Below are positions 9,746 through 22,922 of a stretch of 64,000 bases of DNA, in pieces. Source of the DNA: Planctomycetota bacterium. GTDB lineage: Bacteria; Planctomycetota; SZUA-567; H5-PLA8. The notes beneath the pieces were generated by a model. The model saw nothing but the letters and a program-made list of their open reading frames with translations. It had not been told where the DNA came from and ran no database searches. The stretch spans positions 64,001-128,000 of the forward strand of contig JBBRPR010000004.1 of NCBI GenBank assembly GCA_038227875.1, read 5' to 3'. Position 1 is the first letter of the stretch; the number at the start of each line of letters is the position of its first letter. Position numbers and translations under genes: made by a program.

Positions 9746-12700
9746 ATGCCCGCCGCTCTGCTGCGTCCTTTTGTCGTGCTGTTCGTCCTCACCGCGCTTC
9801 CGCTTTGGGCTGCTGACTATTACGTTGACATCGCGATCGGCAGTAATGCGTTCGACGGTGTGAGCCCTACCGTCGGCGGGGGGCACGGCCCCAAGTTGAC
9901 CGTCAATGCCGCTATTGGCATCGCGACAGGCGGAGATACGATTCACATCGCCGCCGGCACGTATGTTGAACAAGTGTCGCTGACCACCAATCTCACTCTG
10001 CTGGGCGCCGGCAGCGGCAGCACGACCTTGAAACTGCCCGCCGCGCCGACGACCAATGTTCTGGGTACCGACTACGCCGTCGTCTTCGCCGGAGCCTCCG
10101 GCGCGAATGTGACGCTGCAATCGCTCACGATCCAGGGACCCGGCCCGAACGGCGGTCCGGCGCTCTACGGAATTTTCGCGGGTAACACGACCCACCTGAT
10201 CGTCACCGATTGCATCGTCCGTGACATCACCGACAACCCGTTCGGCGGCGTGCAGCACGGCAATGCCATTCAAGTCGGCCGCAACGCGCTGGCGCAAGCG
10301 GCCACGGCGACAATCACAAATGTGCAGGTCATCAATTATCAGAAGACCGGCATCATCGTCGACGGCCCGGGCAGTAACGCGTCCATCATCAATTGCCAGA
10401 TCACCGGCGTTGGTCCGACCGGCGCCATCGCTCAGAATGGAATTCAAATCAGCCGCACCGCCACGGCGACAATCAGTGGCACGACGGTGACGGGCAACTA
10501 CTACACCAACGGCGTCGCTTCGTGCGACGTTCTGCTTTTCCAGAACGGCGCAGTCTCCATCGATACCAGCACATTTACGGGCTCGAACGTCGCCGTGGAT
10601 GTCACCCAGAGTTCCGCCACCGGCACCGTCGGCCTGACCGGATGCACGCTCGGCACGTCGCTCAGCGGCAACGATGAAGGCTTGGCGACCGATCAAGCGG
10701 GCGCGGCAGTGACCGTTACCGGCTCCACCTTCACCAACAACAGCATCCAGAACATTGATATCACCGATACAGCCGGTAAGGGGATCACCTTCTCCGGCGG
10801 CAATACCATCACCGGCGGCGCGTCGGGTATTTCAGTCAGCGGCAGTCCCGTATTGAGTCTGGGCGATACGTCTTTCAACGGACAGTCCGGCAATGTGATT
10901 ACCTTGGCCGCTGGCGCGCTCGCCACTAAGACACTCGACGCCACCGGCATCAGCGTGAATGGCGCAGCAGTCTCCGGCCTCACCACTACTCAGCTTCTGG
11001 CGCTCGAAGACCGCATTTCTCACGGCGTCGATACACTCGGCGAAGGTCTCGTGCGCGTGAAGGCTGCGCAGCTTTTCGTCACGCAGGCCAGCGGCAGCAT
11101 TCAGCGCGCAATTGACCTCGCCAGCGCCGGCGATTCCGTCTTCGTCGGGCCGGGCACGTTCAACGAAAACGTCACCGTCAACAAACTCCTGACGCTCCAG
11201 GGCTCCGGCGCGGGCAGCGATCCAACCACCAACACCGTCGTCTCGAATGGCGGCAATGTCATCACCGTCACCGCTGGCGGCACAGACAGTACTCACCAGA
11301 CCACGCTGCGAGCGCTGTACATTACGGGCGGCGCGTACGGCGTCGTCGTCAACAGCACGCTCGGCTTTCTGACGCTGGATACGATCACCGCCACGAAGCT
11401 CGGCCAGTACGGCGTCTTCGTGGGGCCCAATGCCATTCTCAACGCCGTCACGCTGCTTAATTGTAATCTCTCGGCGAACAACACCAATCTGCAGGCCGAA
11501 CAGGCCGGCCTCTGGATCGACGGCGCCATCGACGGCCTGACGATCACCAACGGCCACTTCGACAGCAACACTTATGGTCTGTACACGCGCCAGTTGCCCG
11601 TACCAGCCAATCCGCTCCGCCCGCTAACCAACGTGCTGATCACCAACACCACGTTCAGCACCAATTTCTCCAAAGGCATCTACGCCGAAAAGCTCGATCA
11701 CGCCACGCTCACCAACATCGTCGTCGACGGCAGCGGCTACAGCAGACCGCAGTCGGCCGCACCCGATCCGCTGGCCTTCTTCGTGCCGCCGGCCGGAATC
11801 GACATCAACCTGAAGTACTCGACCTACACCTCTATCGTGCTGAACAACGCGACGGTGACCAACTGCGGCGCCAACAATCCCACGCAGGCCAGCGCGGTGG
11901 CGATCAAGGGCCGCGATGACCCCAGCAATTACAACACCAACCCCGCGCTGCTCAACGGCGTTCAGATCGTCGGCGGCACGTTCCAGACTCCGCCGTACGC
12001 TGCCCGTCCCGCGTTTTCGTTCGGAAACAACGCGACCAACATCGTCTTCTCCGGCGGCGTGAATGTCACCGGCACCGGCGTCGGCGTCAGCAGCTACATC
12101 AACAGCGGCGGCACGATCGACCTGGGCAACACCAGCCTCGCCAACACGCTGGCTCAGTATATTCAAAGCCTCACCACCGCCACGATCACCGCCAGCGGCG
12201 TGAACTTCAACGTCAGCGACGATTTCGCGATCGAAGACAAGATCCTCCACGCCGTCGACGCCCCGGGCCTGGGCGTCGTGCGCTGGAAGTCGGGGAACAT
12301 CTTCGTCACCGTCAATTCGTTCTCCGCGCCCACCACGACCACGCCCAGCCTGCAGCGCGCGGTCGATGCCGCGCTCAGCGGCGACACCGTCCACGTTCAG
12401 GCCGGCACCTACGGCGCGCAGAGCGTCACCTTCTCCGCCAAGGCCGTGACGTTGAGCGGCCCCAACGCCGGCGTGGATCCCAACGTCGGCTCGCGCGGCG
12501 CGGAAGCCATCGTCAACGGTGCGTCCCTCTTTACACTTTCCAATGGCAGCAGCGCGGCCGTGACCATCGATGGCCTCACCTTCGATCAAGTCACCGGCAG
12601 CACCGGCGTCATCACCGCCAGCGGTAGCGCCGACAGCGTGACCGTGCGCTGCAACCGCTTCCTCTCTCCGGCGCCCGCCGCGGTAAATCTCTCTGGCGCC

Positions 12701-14728
12701 ACGCGGTCGAACTGGACCATCACCCAGAATCGCATCACCACCGTTCAAGGCACGTCCGCCGGCGCGTTCTCCGCCAGCGGTCCGTCGGGCCTGCAGCTCT
12801 CCAACCTGAACGGCCTGACCTGCAGCTACAATTTCATCAGCGGCACGCCCAACAGCGGCATTCTGGCGGATGCTCTCGTCAGCAGCGCGATCACGGGAAA
12901 TCGCGTCCTCAACGTTCCGCAGGCCGGCATCCAGTTAAGCGGCACGTCCAACACCGTGAACGTCGCCTTCAACGAGATCAGCAACGCGAACATCAATCAG
13001 AGCACCGCCGACATGGGCGGCATCCGCCTGAACGCGCAGACGTTCACCGGAGCCGTCACCGTGCAGAACAACATCGTCGCCGGTTCGGTCAACGCCGTCG
13101 CCATCGCCGACGCGGGTAACAACGTCTCCAACGGTTTCACGACTGTCCGCAACAACAACCTCTCCGCCAATACGCGCGGCGTCTACCGCGCCGCCGGCGG
13201 CACTGGCACGCTGAACGCGCAATCCAATTGGTGGGGCAGCCCGCAGGGCCCTGTTGACCCGTCGAATCCCTCCGGCCAGGGCGTTGCCGTCAGCCCCGGC
13301 GTCACGTTCAGTCCGTTCCTGATCGACGGCACCGACACCGCGCCGCTGGATCCGACGACCTTCACCAGCCTCCAGAACAGCGTCGGCTTCCAGCCCAACA
13401 CCGGCCTCAGCGGCTCGGCGCAGCGCCTGGTCTTCACCACGCAGCCTGTTGGCAGCCTCGCCGGTTCGCCGTTGACCACCCAGCCGGTCGTGCAGGTGCA
13501 GGACGTCAACGGTAACGTCGCCACCAGCTTTACTGGGTTCATCGCCGTCTTCCTCGCCACAAATCCTTCGGGAGCCACGTTGACCGGCACGACGGTGCTC
13601 ACCGTTACCTCCGGCACCGCCACATTCACGAACTTGAATCTCGATCAGCCCGGCACCGGCTACCAGCTGCTGGCGATGTCCAGCGGCAATCTTGCCGCGT
13701 CGCTCAGCGCCACGTTTAACGTGCAAGCCGTCTTCAATCCCCTCCCGACCCTCACCAGCCTCTCGCCCAACAGCACCACCGCCGGCAGCCAGCCGCTGGC
13801 CCTGACCGTGACCGGCACGAACTTCATGTCCGCCTCAAAGGTACTCTTCGGAGGCCAGCCGCGCCCCACGATTTATTTGAGCTCCACGCAGCTGATCGCC
13901 GTGCTGCCCGACACCGACCTGGCCACCGCCGGCACGTTCACCATTGCTGTGAATTCCCCTGCACCCGGCGGCGGCACGACTGCGACGCTGGCATTCACTG
14001 TGAATCCTGTGACGGTACCCAACGCGCCGCCGCTGATGATCAGCCCCGCCAGCGCGACGCCCAATCCCGCCGCGCCCGGCCAGCTGGTGACGCTCAGCGC
14101 CGCCGCGGTTGATCCGGAAAATCAGTCGATGACCTACGCCTGGAATTTCGGCGACGGCGTCGCTGCCGGGGGTTCAACAGTCACCCACACCTTTACGGCG
14201 CCCGGCATCTACACCGTGAAAGTGATCGTCACCGATTCCGCCGGCGGCACGACCAATAGCCTCGTAACCGTAACGGTGGCTGCTGCTGCCACGGCGCCCA
14301 ACGAGACGATGACGCTGAAGTCCGCGAAGTTCAAGACCGTCACGCTCGCGCCGGCCAAAGGCACCGCGCAGGTCGCCGGCTCGTTCATCATGCCCACCGG
14401 AGTCACCACGCTTGCCGGCTCCGCGACGATCCTGATCAACGGCAAAACGCAGACATTCACCGTCGGAGCGACGGGCAAAGCCAAGGTCGGCAAGACGACA
14501 CTGACGATCAAGGGCAAACTGAAGAAAGGCGTGTTGAGCTCGTCGAGCGTCACGTTCGCGTTCAAGGATTTCGGCGACTACAGCACAGTGCTGATCAACG
14601 GAGGCCGCCCCGCGGGGACCTCCGGTGCGTCACTGATCGATGTCCAGCTGACCTACGCCGGCAAGACCTACGAAGGCACGCTCCAAGTCACCGTCACCGT
14701 GGGTAAAACGGGCAGCGCTGCGAAATAA
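9746..14728 (+). CDS. large secreted protein: repeated right-handed beta-helix modules, Ig/IPT-like and PKD domains, basic C-terminal domain
   Basis: signal peptide MPAALLRPFVVLFVLTALPLWA; repeated IQRAID.A..GD.V.V..GT; NWWGS; LTSLSP (IPT); WNFGDG (PKD); start re-picked within ORF 9668. Confidence 0.85.
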   Translation: MPAALLRPFVVLFVLTALPLWAADYYVDIAIGSNAFDGVSPTVGGGHGPKLTVNAAIGIATGGDTIHIAAGTYVEQVSLTTNLTLLGAGSGSTTLKLPAAPTTNVLGTDYAVVFAGASGANVTLQSLTIQGPGPNGGPALYGIFAGNTTHLIVTDCIVRDITDNPFGGVQHGNAIQVGRNALAQAATATITNVQVINYQKTGIIVDGPGSNASIINCQITGVGPTGAIAQNGIQISRTATATISGTTVTGNYYTNGVASCDVLLFQNGAVSIDTSTFTGSNVAVDVTQSSATGTVGLTGCTLGTSLSGNDEGLATDQAGAAVTVTGSTFTNNSIQNIDITDTAGKGITFSGGNTITGGASGISVSGSPVLSLGDTSFNGQSGNVITLAAGALATKTLDATGISVNGAAVSGLTTTQLLALEDRISHGVDTLGEGLVRVKAAQLFVTQASGSIQRAIDLASAGDSVFVGPGTFNENVTVNKLLTLQGSGAGSDPTTNTVVSNGGNVITVTAGGTDSTHQTTLRALYITGGAYGVVVNSTLGFLTLDTITATKLGQYGVFVGPNAILNAVTLLNCNLSANNTNLQAEQAGLWIDGAIDGLTITNGHFDSNTYGLYTRQLPVPANPLRPLTNVLITNTTFSTNFSKGIYAEKLDHATLTNIVVDGSGYSRPQSAAPDPLAFFVPPAGIDINLKYSTYTSIVLNNATVTNCGANNPTQASAVAIKGRDDPSNYNTNPALLNGVQIVGGTFQTPPYAARPAFSFGNNATNIVFSGGVNVTGTGVGVSSYINSGGTIDLGNTSLANTLAQYIQSLTTATITASGVNFNVSDDFAIEDKILHAVDAPGLGVVRWKSGNIFVTVNSFSAPTTTTPSLQRAVDAALSGDTVHVQAGTYGAQSVTFSAKAVTLSGPNAGVDPNVGSRGAEAIVNGASLFTLSNGSSAAVTIDGLTFDQVTGSTGVITASGSADSVTVRCNRFLSPAPAAVNLSGATRSNWTITQNRITTVQGTSAGAFSASGPSGLQLSNLNGLTCSYNFISGTPNSGILADALVSSAITGNRVLNVPQAGIQLSGTSNTVNVAFNEISNANINQSTADMGGIRLNAQTFTGAVTVQNNIVAGSVNAVAIADAGNNVSNGFTTVRNNNLSANTRGVYRAAGGTGTLNAQSNWWGSPQGPVDPSNPSGQGVAVSPGVTFSPFLIDGTDTAPLDPTTFTSLQNSVGFQPNTGLSGSAQRLVFTTQPVGSLAGSPLTTQPVVQVQDVNGNVATSFTGFIAVFLATNPSGATLTGTTVLTVTSGTATFTNLNLDQPGTGYQLLAMSSGNLAASLSATFNVQAVFNPLPTLTSLSPNSTTAGSQPLALTVTGTNFMSASKVLFGGQPRPTIYLSSTQLIAVLPDTDLATAGTFTIAVNSPAPGGGTTATLAFTVNPVTVPNAPPLMISPASATPNPAAPGQLVTLSAAAVDPENQSMTYAWNFGDGVAAGGSTVTHTFTAPGIYTVKVIVTDSAGGTTNSLVTVTVAAAATAPNETMTLKSAKFKTVTLAPAKGTAQVAGSFIMPTGVTTLAGSATILINGKTQTFTVGATGKAKVGKTTLTIKGKLKKGVLSSSSVTFAFKDFGDYSTVLINGGRPAGTSGASLIDVQLTYAGKTYEGTLQVTVTVGKTGSAAK

Positions 14729-14748
14729 AGACGACGACACACTGTGAA

Positions 14749-14764
14749 TGTTCCACGTGGAACG
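14749..14764. promoter_or_regulatory. parS centromere-like site
   Basis: TGTTCCACGTGGAACG matches the widespread parS palindrome GTT(T/C)CACGTG(A/G)AAC; inside a hairpin at 14731-14781. Confidence 0.8.
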
Positions 14765-14861
14765 TTCGCAGTGTGCGTCGTGGATTCGCAAAACCGTGAT
14801 GGAAAATTTTCCACCTCTCGAATGTGTACCGCTCCGAATGTCGTGGTCAGCACGCTGCTGC

Positions 14862-18629
<3,768 letters not shown>

Positions 18630-18827
18630 GAATGGGCCTCCGTGGAGCGATCTATGCGGATTGAACTGCGATCACCGTTCTGTTCCACACCGGTGCCGAA
18701 CCTCACGCTGAAAATAGTAAAAAGTTCCACACTCCTGTTGTGTAATCGTAAGTACTTGATAATTATGATATTTATGATTTTATTCTTAGAGGTGACGGCA
18801 TCGTGGCGGGGTGATTGGCTAATGAAA

Positions 18828-18853
18828 TCGCCGCGCCATTCCCTGGCGCGGCG
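18828..18853 (-). terminator. probable intrinsic terminator downstream of the FecR-like gene
   Basis: TCGCCGCGCCA-ttccc-TGGCGCGGCGA stem followed by TTTCATT on the minus strand. Confidence 0.65.
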
Positions 18854-18883
18854 AGCATAAAGAGTGTCGAAAAGAAGAATGCG

Positions 18884-19942
18884 TTAGCGGGAATTCTTGG
18901 CCTTGAAGACGGTCTTGGCAACGAGGTGACCATCGACTTCGGCGACCGTCAGGTAGACATTGTCGCCAGCCTTCAGTTCCGGAAGATCTTTGACGTCTTT
19001 GACGACGACATCGACTTCTTTGTCGTTGAGTCCCATCTTCTTGAACGCGATGGATAGCTTGAGCACGATCGAATCGGTGCCGGCTTTCACGACGGAACCG
19101 TTCATGGTGCCGCTGTAGCCTTTCAATTCCGTGGGCAAGGTGGCGGGCGTTGCGGCCACCGCAGGTGCGGCGTCTTTGTCGTCGCCGAACGCCTGGCTCT
19201 GCCCCATCGTCAAGACCGAGCGCGAACCGTTGAAATCCACGCTGACACTGCCGGCCAGCACGCTCACTGCCATGATCATTGCAGCACGCTTCATCGTCGT
19301 TTCTCCTTGAGTGTTTTGTCCTTTGGGTTGAAGTTCAACGGAGAACTGCGTGCCCAGGACAGTGATCAGACCGACTTCCGTACTCACACGAAATGCGTGT
19401 TCCGCATCTGGTGCCTTTTGAATCTGAAAGCTCGCCTTGCCTGATTTCAGTTCCACGCTGCGGGAATGCAGAATGCTGGAACTCGACGATGCCAGATCCA
19501 TCATCGAGCCGTCGGGAAAGCGGATCGTGGCCGCGTTGCCGGCGTCGCAGGCCACGACTGAACTGTCGCTGATCGAGCCATCCCGCTTCTCATTCACCAG
19601 CGCCGAGCCGGACACCAGCTCAAATCCGCCGTGCGGTTTCACGGCCATGTTCGCCAGATAGAAGTAGGTCGCGCCGGCGCAGAAAAGCAGCACCGCCGCC
19701 GCCGACCAGGCCAGATACCGCCGCGCCGGCAACGGCGTGACGCGGGGCGGAGCAGAGCGGGGGAGTTCCGGCGCCGCTGCGCTGACTTTCAGCGCTTCGA
19801 CCAGCGTCGCCGTGCCCACGAACTCGTCGTAGAGGCGTTCGCGGTTGGCCGGTTCGGCCAGCAGGCGTTCGAGTTCCTTCAACTCGTCGGCGGTGATGGA
19901 TTCGTCGCGCCAGGCCAGCAGCAGTTCGTCGAGGGATTTCAT
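18884..19942 (-). CDS. FecR-family anti-sigma factor with small beta-rich C-terminal domain
   Basis: N-terminal anti-sigma helices, TM, F.DGS, FRVST..G.ITVLGT.FSV; start MKSLDELL overlaps the sigma stop (ATGA). Confidence 0.88.
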   Translation of the reverse strand: MKSLDELLLAWRDESITADELKELERLLAEPANRERLYDEFVGTATLVEALKVSAAAPELPRSAPPRVTPLPARRYLAWSAAAVLLFCAGATYFYLANMAVKPHGGFELVSGSALVNEKRDGSISDSSVVACDAGNAATIRFPDGSMMDLASSSSSILHSRSVELKSGKASFQIQKAPDAEHAFRVSTEVGLITVLGTQFSVELQPKGQNTQGETTMKRAAMIMAVSVLAGSVSVDFNGSRSVLTMGQSQAFGDDKDAAPAVAATPATLPTELKGYSGTMNGSVVKAGTDSIVLKLSIAFKKMGLNDKEVDVVVKDVKDLPELKAGDNVYLTVAEVDGHLVAKTVFKAKNSR

Positions 19943-20472
19943 ACGGTTCGATTCTCCCCCTGGATCCGGCGGGCCACACACTCGCGCAGGCCTTTGCGCA
20001 CGCGGCTGAGCAGCATCAGCACGGCTCCGTACGTCTGGCCCGACTGGCCGGCGATGACCGTCAACTGCACGCCCCGCTCGTAAACTTCCACCAGAAGCTG
20101 GCGCGATTTTTCGGGAAGGGCGCGCACGCATTCCAGCAGCGCGTTGCGGCGCGCCGTCCAGACGTTGTGCGAACCGGCCTGTTCATCAAACGCCTGCTCA
20201 ACGAGATCCAGCATGGAACTGTCGGGGATCACGCGGCTGGAGCGTTTCTCGCGCCAGTAATGGAGCACGAGATTGCGCGCCGTACCGCGGCACCAGGCGG
20301 CGAGGTCCTCGATCGCCACGCCGGTGCGGGAAGCTTCGGATAGTCGCAGCCAGACTTCCTGGAGAATGTCTTCGGCGGCATCCGGATCGCGGATCAATCC
20401 GGAGATGAAGGCCATCAGCACGTGGCGTTGAGCCAGGAACTGTGCGCCGAGGTTTTCAAGCTTTTCGGTCAT
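19939..20472 (-). CDS. ECF sigma factor
   Basis: AEDILQEVWL, AWCRGTARN, LSRVRKGLRECV; coupled to the FecR-like gene. Confidence 0.92.
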   Translation of the reverse strand: MTEKLENLGAQFLAQRHVLMAFISGLIRDPDAAEDILQEVWLRLSEASRTGVAIEDLAAWCRGTARNLVLHYWREKRSSRVIPDSSMLDLVEQAFDEQAGSHNVWTARRNALLECVRALPEKSRQLLVEVYERGVQLTVIAGQSGQTYGAVLMLLSRVRKGLRECVARRIQGENRTV

Positions 20473-20759
20473 TCTCTCATGCTCTCCACCCGTTCTGTTC
20501 CGCGTGGGGAACGAACCTAACAGGAATTCTCAGAATTAATGTCCTCGGCGTGGCACTTGATGCCTTTTTGCACGGATTGAGGTGCACAGATTTTTATGGT
20601 CTTTCACACTACACCGTGGCTGGGTTGCGCCGGTTTAGTTCAATACCCGATGAAGCACACTCGAACAAGATTCCCCGTCCACCTTGCCCAATCGTTTCAT
20701 CTACTATTGAAATGACGTTTTGCGTATATTCTGCAGGCCAGCCACCTCGAAATTGAAGT

Positions 20760-21710
20760 GTGGCTCGGCCGGTCGAACATGTGGGTGACACAGGCGACAC
20801 ATTTATGGCAGGCACACGATTCAACGCTCCGCGCAATGCAATGCAGATGTACCGCTACACGCCGCATGACCGCGGCGCCTGGACGTTTCTGACCGACCGC
20901 GGCCCCGATTTCAAAATGAAAGCGCATTGTCACGAGGACCACGAGATCAACGTCTGTGTCCGCGGCGCGGGACGTTATGTGTTGGGAACCGGGGAGTCCT
21001 GCCCGCTGAGCGCCGGACAAATTCTCTATCTGCCCGGCGGTATCGCGCATGAATTGAAAGTCGATGAGCGCATCGTCATCCGCGGGATCTGCATCCATCC
21101 CAGCGAATTCGAATCCATTCCCAACGACGCGGTGGCGCGAGGCCTTGCAAACTCGCCGCAGATCAAGAGGTGGCGCGCGAAGCCGGCATTGCTCCCGGCC
21201 CGGCTCGCGATCGATGCGCTGCTTTATGCAACCTTGTTGGGACTTTACGAACAGCTGCGGACGGAGCAGACCGCCAAGGACGCCTTCTGCTCGCGGAGTA
21301 TCGCGCATCTTTCGCAGTTGGCGGCCATGCAGGTGCTCCGTATCTTCGCGAGACCGGAGCCGTCGGCGCAACCGGGGTTGGCCGAGCAGCGCGTGCTCAA
21401 CACGCGCGCGTGGATGGATCACAACTTCGCCACGGAGATCACGCTGGACCGGCTGGCGGAGCTCAGCGAACTGTCGCCCTCCCATTTCACATATCTGTTC
21501 AAGAAATGCGTGGGCCGTGCGCCCAAGCAATATGTCCTTGAACGGCGTCTGGAATATGCGGCTGGATTGCTCGCTCAGACGGGCATGCCGGTGCTGGAGG
21601 TTTCGCTGGAGTCGGGATTTTCGCATCTGGCTCACTTCAATCGCTGCTTCAAGCATTTCACCGGCGCGACGCCCACGGGATATCGTAAGAAACATCAAAG
21701 AAATCGTTGA
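20760..21710 (+). CDS. AraC-family transcriptional regulator (start uncertain)
   Basis: cupin HCHEDHE; C-terminal LSPSHF..LFK..G, SGFSHLAHFNRCFK..G.TP.GYR. Confidence 0.92.
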   Translation: MARPVEHVGDTGDTFMAGTRFNAPRNAMQMYRYTPHDRGAWTFLTDRGPDFKMKAHCHEDHEINVCVRGAGRYVLGTGESCPLSAGQILYLPGGIAHELKVDERIVIRGICIHPSEFESIPNDAVARGLANSPQIKRWRAKPALLPARLAIDALLYATLLGLYEQLRTEQTAKDAFCSRSIAHLSQLAAMQVLRIFARPEPSAQPGLAEQRVLNTRAWMDHNFATEITLDRLAELSELSPSHFTYLFKKCVGRAPKQYVLERRLEYAAGLLAQTGMPVLEVSLESGFSHLAHFNRCFKHFTGATPTGYRKKHQRNR

Positions 21711-21784
21711 ATCCCGTAGGCTTCAACCGGGCCTTTCTCGTTATGTTCTGCAGCGTGACCAGAACCCGCTGAGGAATCGCCCAA

Positions 21785-22699
21785 ATGAGCATCGAATTAA
21801 AAGACACCCACGGTGTCGCGCATGTGATCAGCAGTGAGCAGGAAGAATTCTTTCGCCAGCACGGTTACCTGCTGATTGAAAATGTGCTGAGCCGCGCCGA
21901 ACTGGAGGCGCTTGATGCCGGGGCCAATGCGCTGATCGCCAAAAGCGCGGAGCAGCCGCCGCCGGCGCATTTCAATTTCAGCAACGGGCATCGGTCTGGC
22001 AAGCCGGTGCTGCGGCGCATCGACTATCCCATCGACATGAGTGAACCGTTCCGCGCGCTGCTGGGCCACCCGTTTATTTTGCGCTCAGTGGAACGCCTGC
22101 AGGGGCGATCGTTCATTCCCACGTGGGATGCGATGGTGCTCAAGATGCCGTTTGAAGGCATCCAGGTGACGTGGCATCAGGACGCGTGCGTTCACTGCGC
22201 CGGCGACGAGCCCATTTTCAATGTCGATTTTTATCTCGACGACTCCGACCAGGATACCGCCGTGTGGGTGATTCCGGGAAGTCACCGCTGGACGCCAGAG
22301 CAATTGAAAGCTGTGCTTGCCAATCCCACGCAGTTCCCACAGGCCGGCGCATTTCCAGTTCCGGTCAAAGCTGGCAGCGTTTTATTCCATAACATCAAAC
22401 TGCTCCACGGCTCACCGGCCAGCACCGGGCCGAACATGCGTCGCGTGATCTATTACGAATTTCGTCCCGCCTCAGTGGAGTTCGAACGCGGACCGCACGT
22501 GCCCGAATACATTCCATTAAAGCAGCGCGTCTTGCGCGCCTGTCTCGAACGCCGGGCTGCGGCTGCGTACGTGCCAGAGGACGAAGTGCCGTTTGAGTAT
22601 CGTCCGGCAGTGCCATTCAACGGCGCGGATGGGATTCCAAGCGGTCCCATGGAGACATACAAATACGAGCACAAGGACTATCTCCGCAAGAAGAACTAA
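21785..22699 (+). CDS. phytanoyl-CoA dioxygenase (PhyH) family Fe(II)/2OG dioxygenase
   Basis: F...GYL, WHQD, IPGSH, AGSVLFH..LLHGS..N..RR. Confidence 0.9.
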   Translation: MSIELKDTHGVAHVISSEQEEFFRQHGYLLIENVLSRAELEALDAGANALIAKSAEQPPPAHFNFSNGHRSGKPVLRRIDYPIDMSEPFRALLGHPFILRSVERLQGRSFIPTWDAMVLKMPFEGIQVTWHQDACVHCAGDEPIFNVDFYLDDSDQDTAVWVIPGSHRWTPEQLKAVLANPTQFPQAGAFPVPVKAGSVLFHNIKLLHGSPASTGPNMRRVIYYEFRPASVEFERGPHVPEYIPLKQRVLRACLERRAAAAYVPEDEVPFEYRPAVPFNGADGIPSGPMETYKYEHKDYLRKKN

Positions 22700-22812
22700 T
22701 CGGCCCGGACCTATTCCTGCAGCCAGCGTCCGGTTCGTCCGCTGGGCGTGATTCTACTGGCGGTGGTGCTGCATAAACTGGGCGGATAACCCGCCTCGCC
22801 TTGATTTTCACT

Positions 22813-22828
22813 TTATCACTAATGATAA
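22813..22828. promoter_or_regulatory. candidate operator (possibly IclR)
   Basis: TTATCA-ctaa-TGATAA palindrome in the AT-rich region upstream of the beta-helix gene and IclR gene. Confidence 0.4.
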
Positions 22829-22922
22829 TTCAAAATATCGACTCCGTCAGCGTCGCTCCAGCGGGGTAGTCATCAGCACGGATGTAAAAGACGCGTGTTG
22901 CGCCCCCTGGTGAGGACTTCCT

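Noticed and set aside
19944..19962. GGTTCGATTCTCCCC resembling a tRNA T-arm
   Set aside because: Lies within the ECF sigma 3' end; no cloverleaf or acceptor stem.
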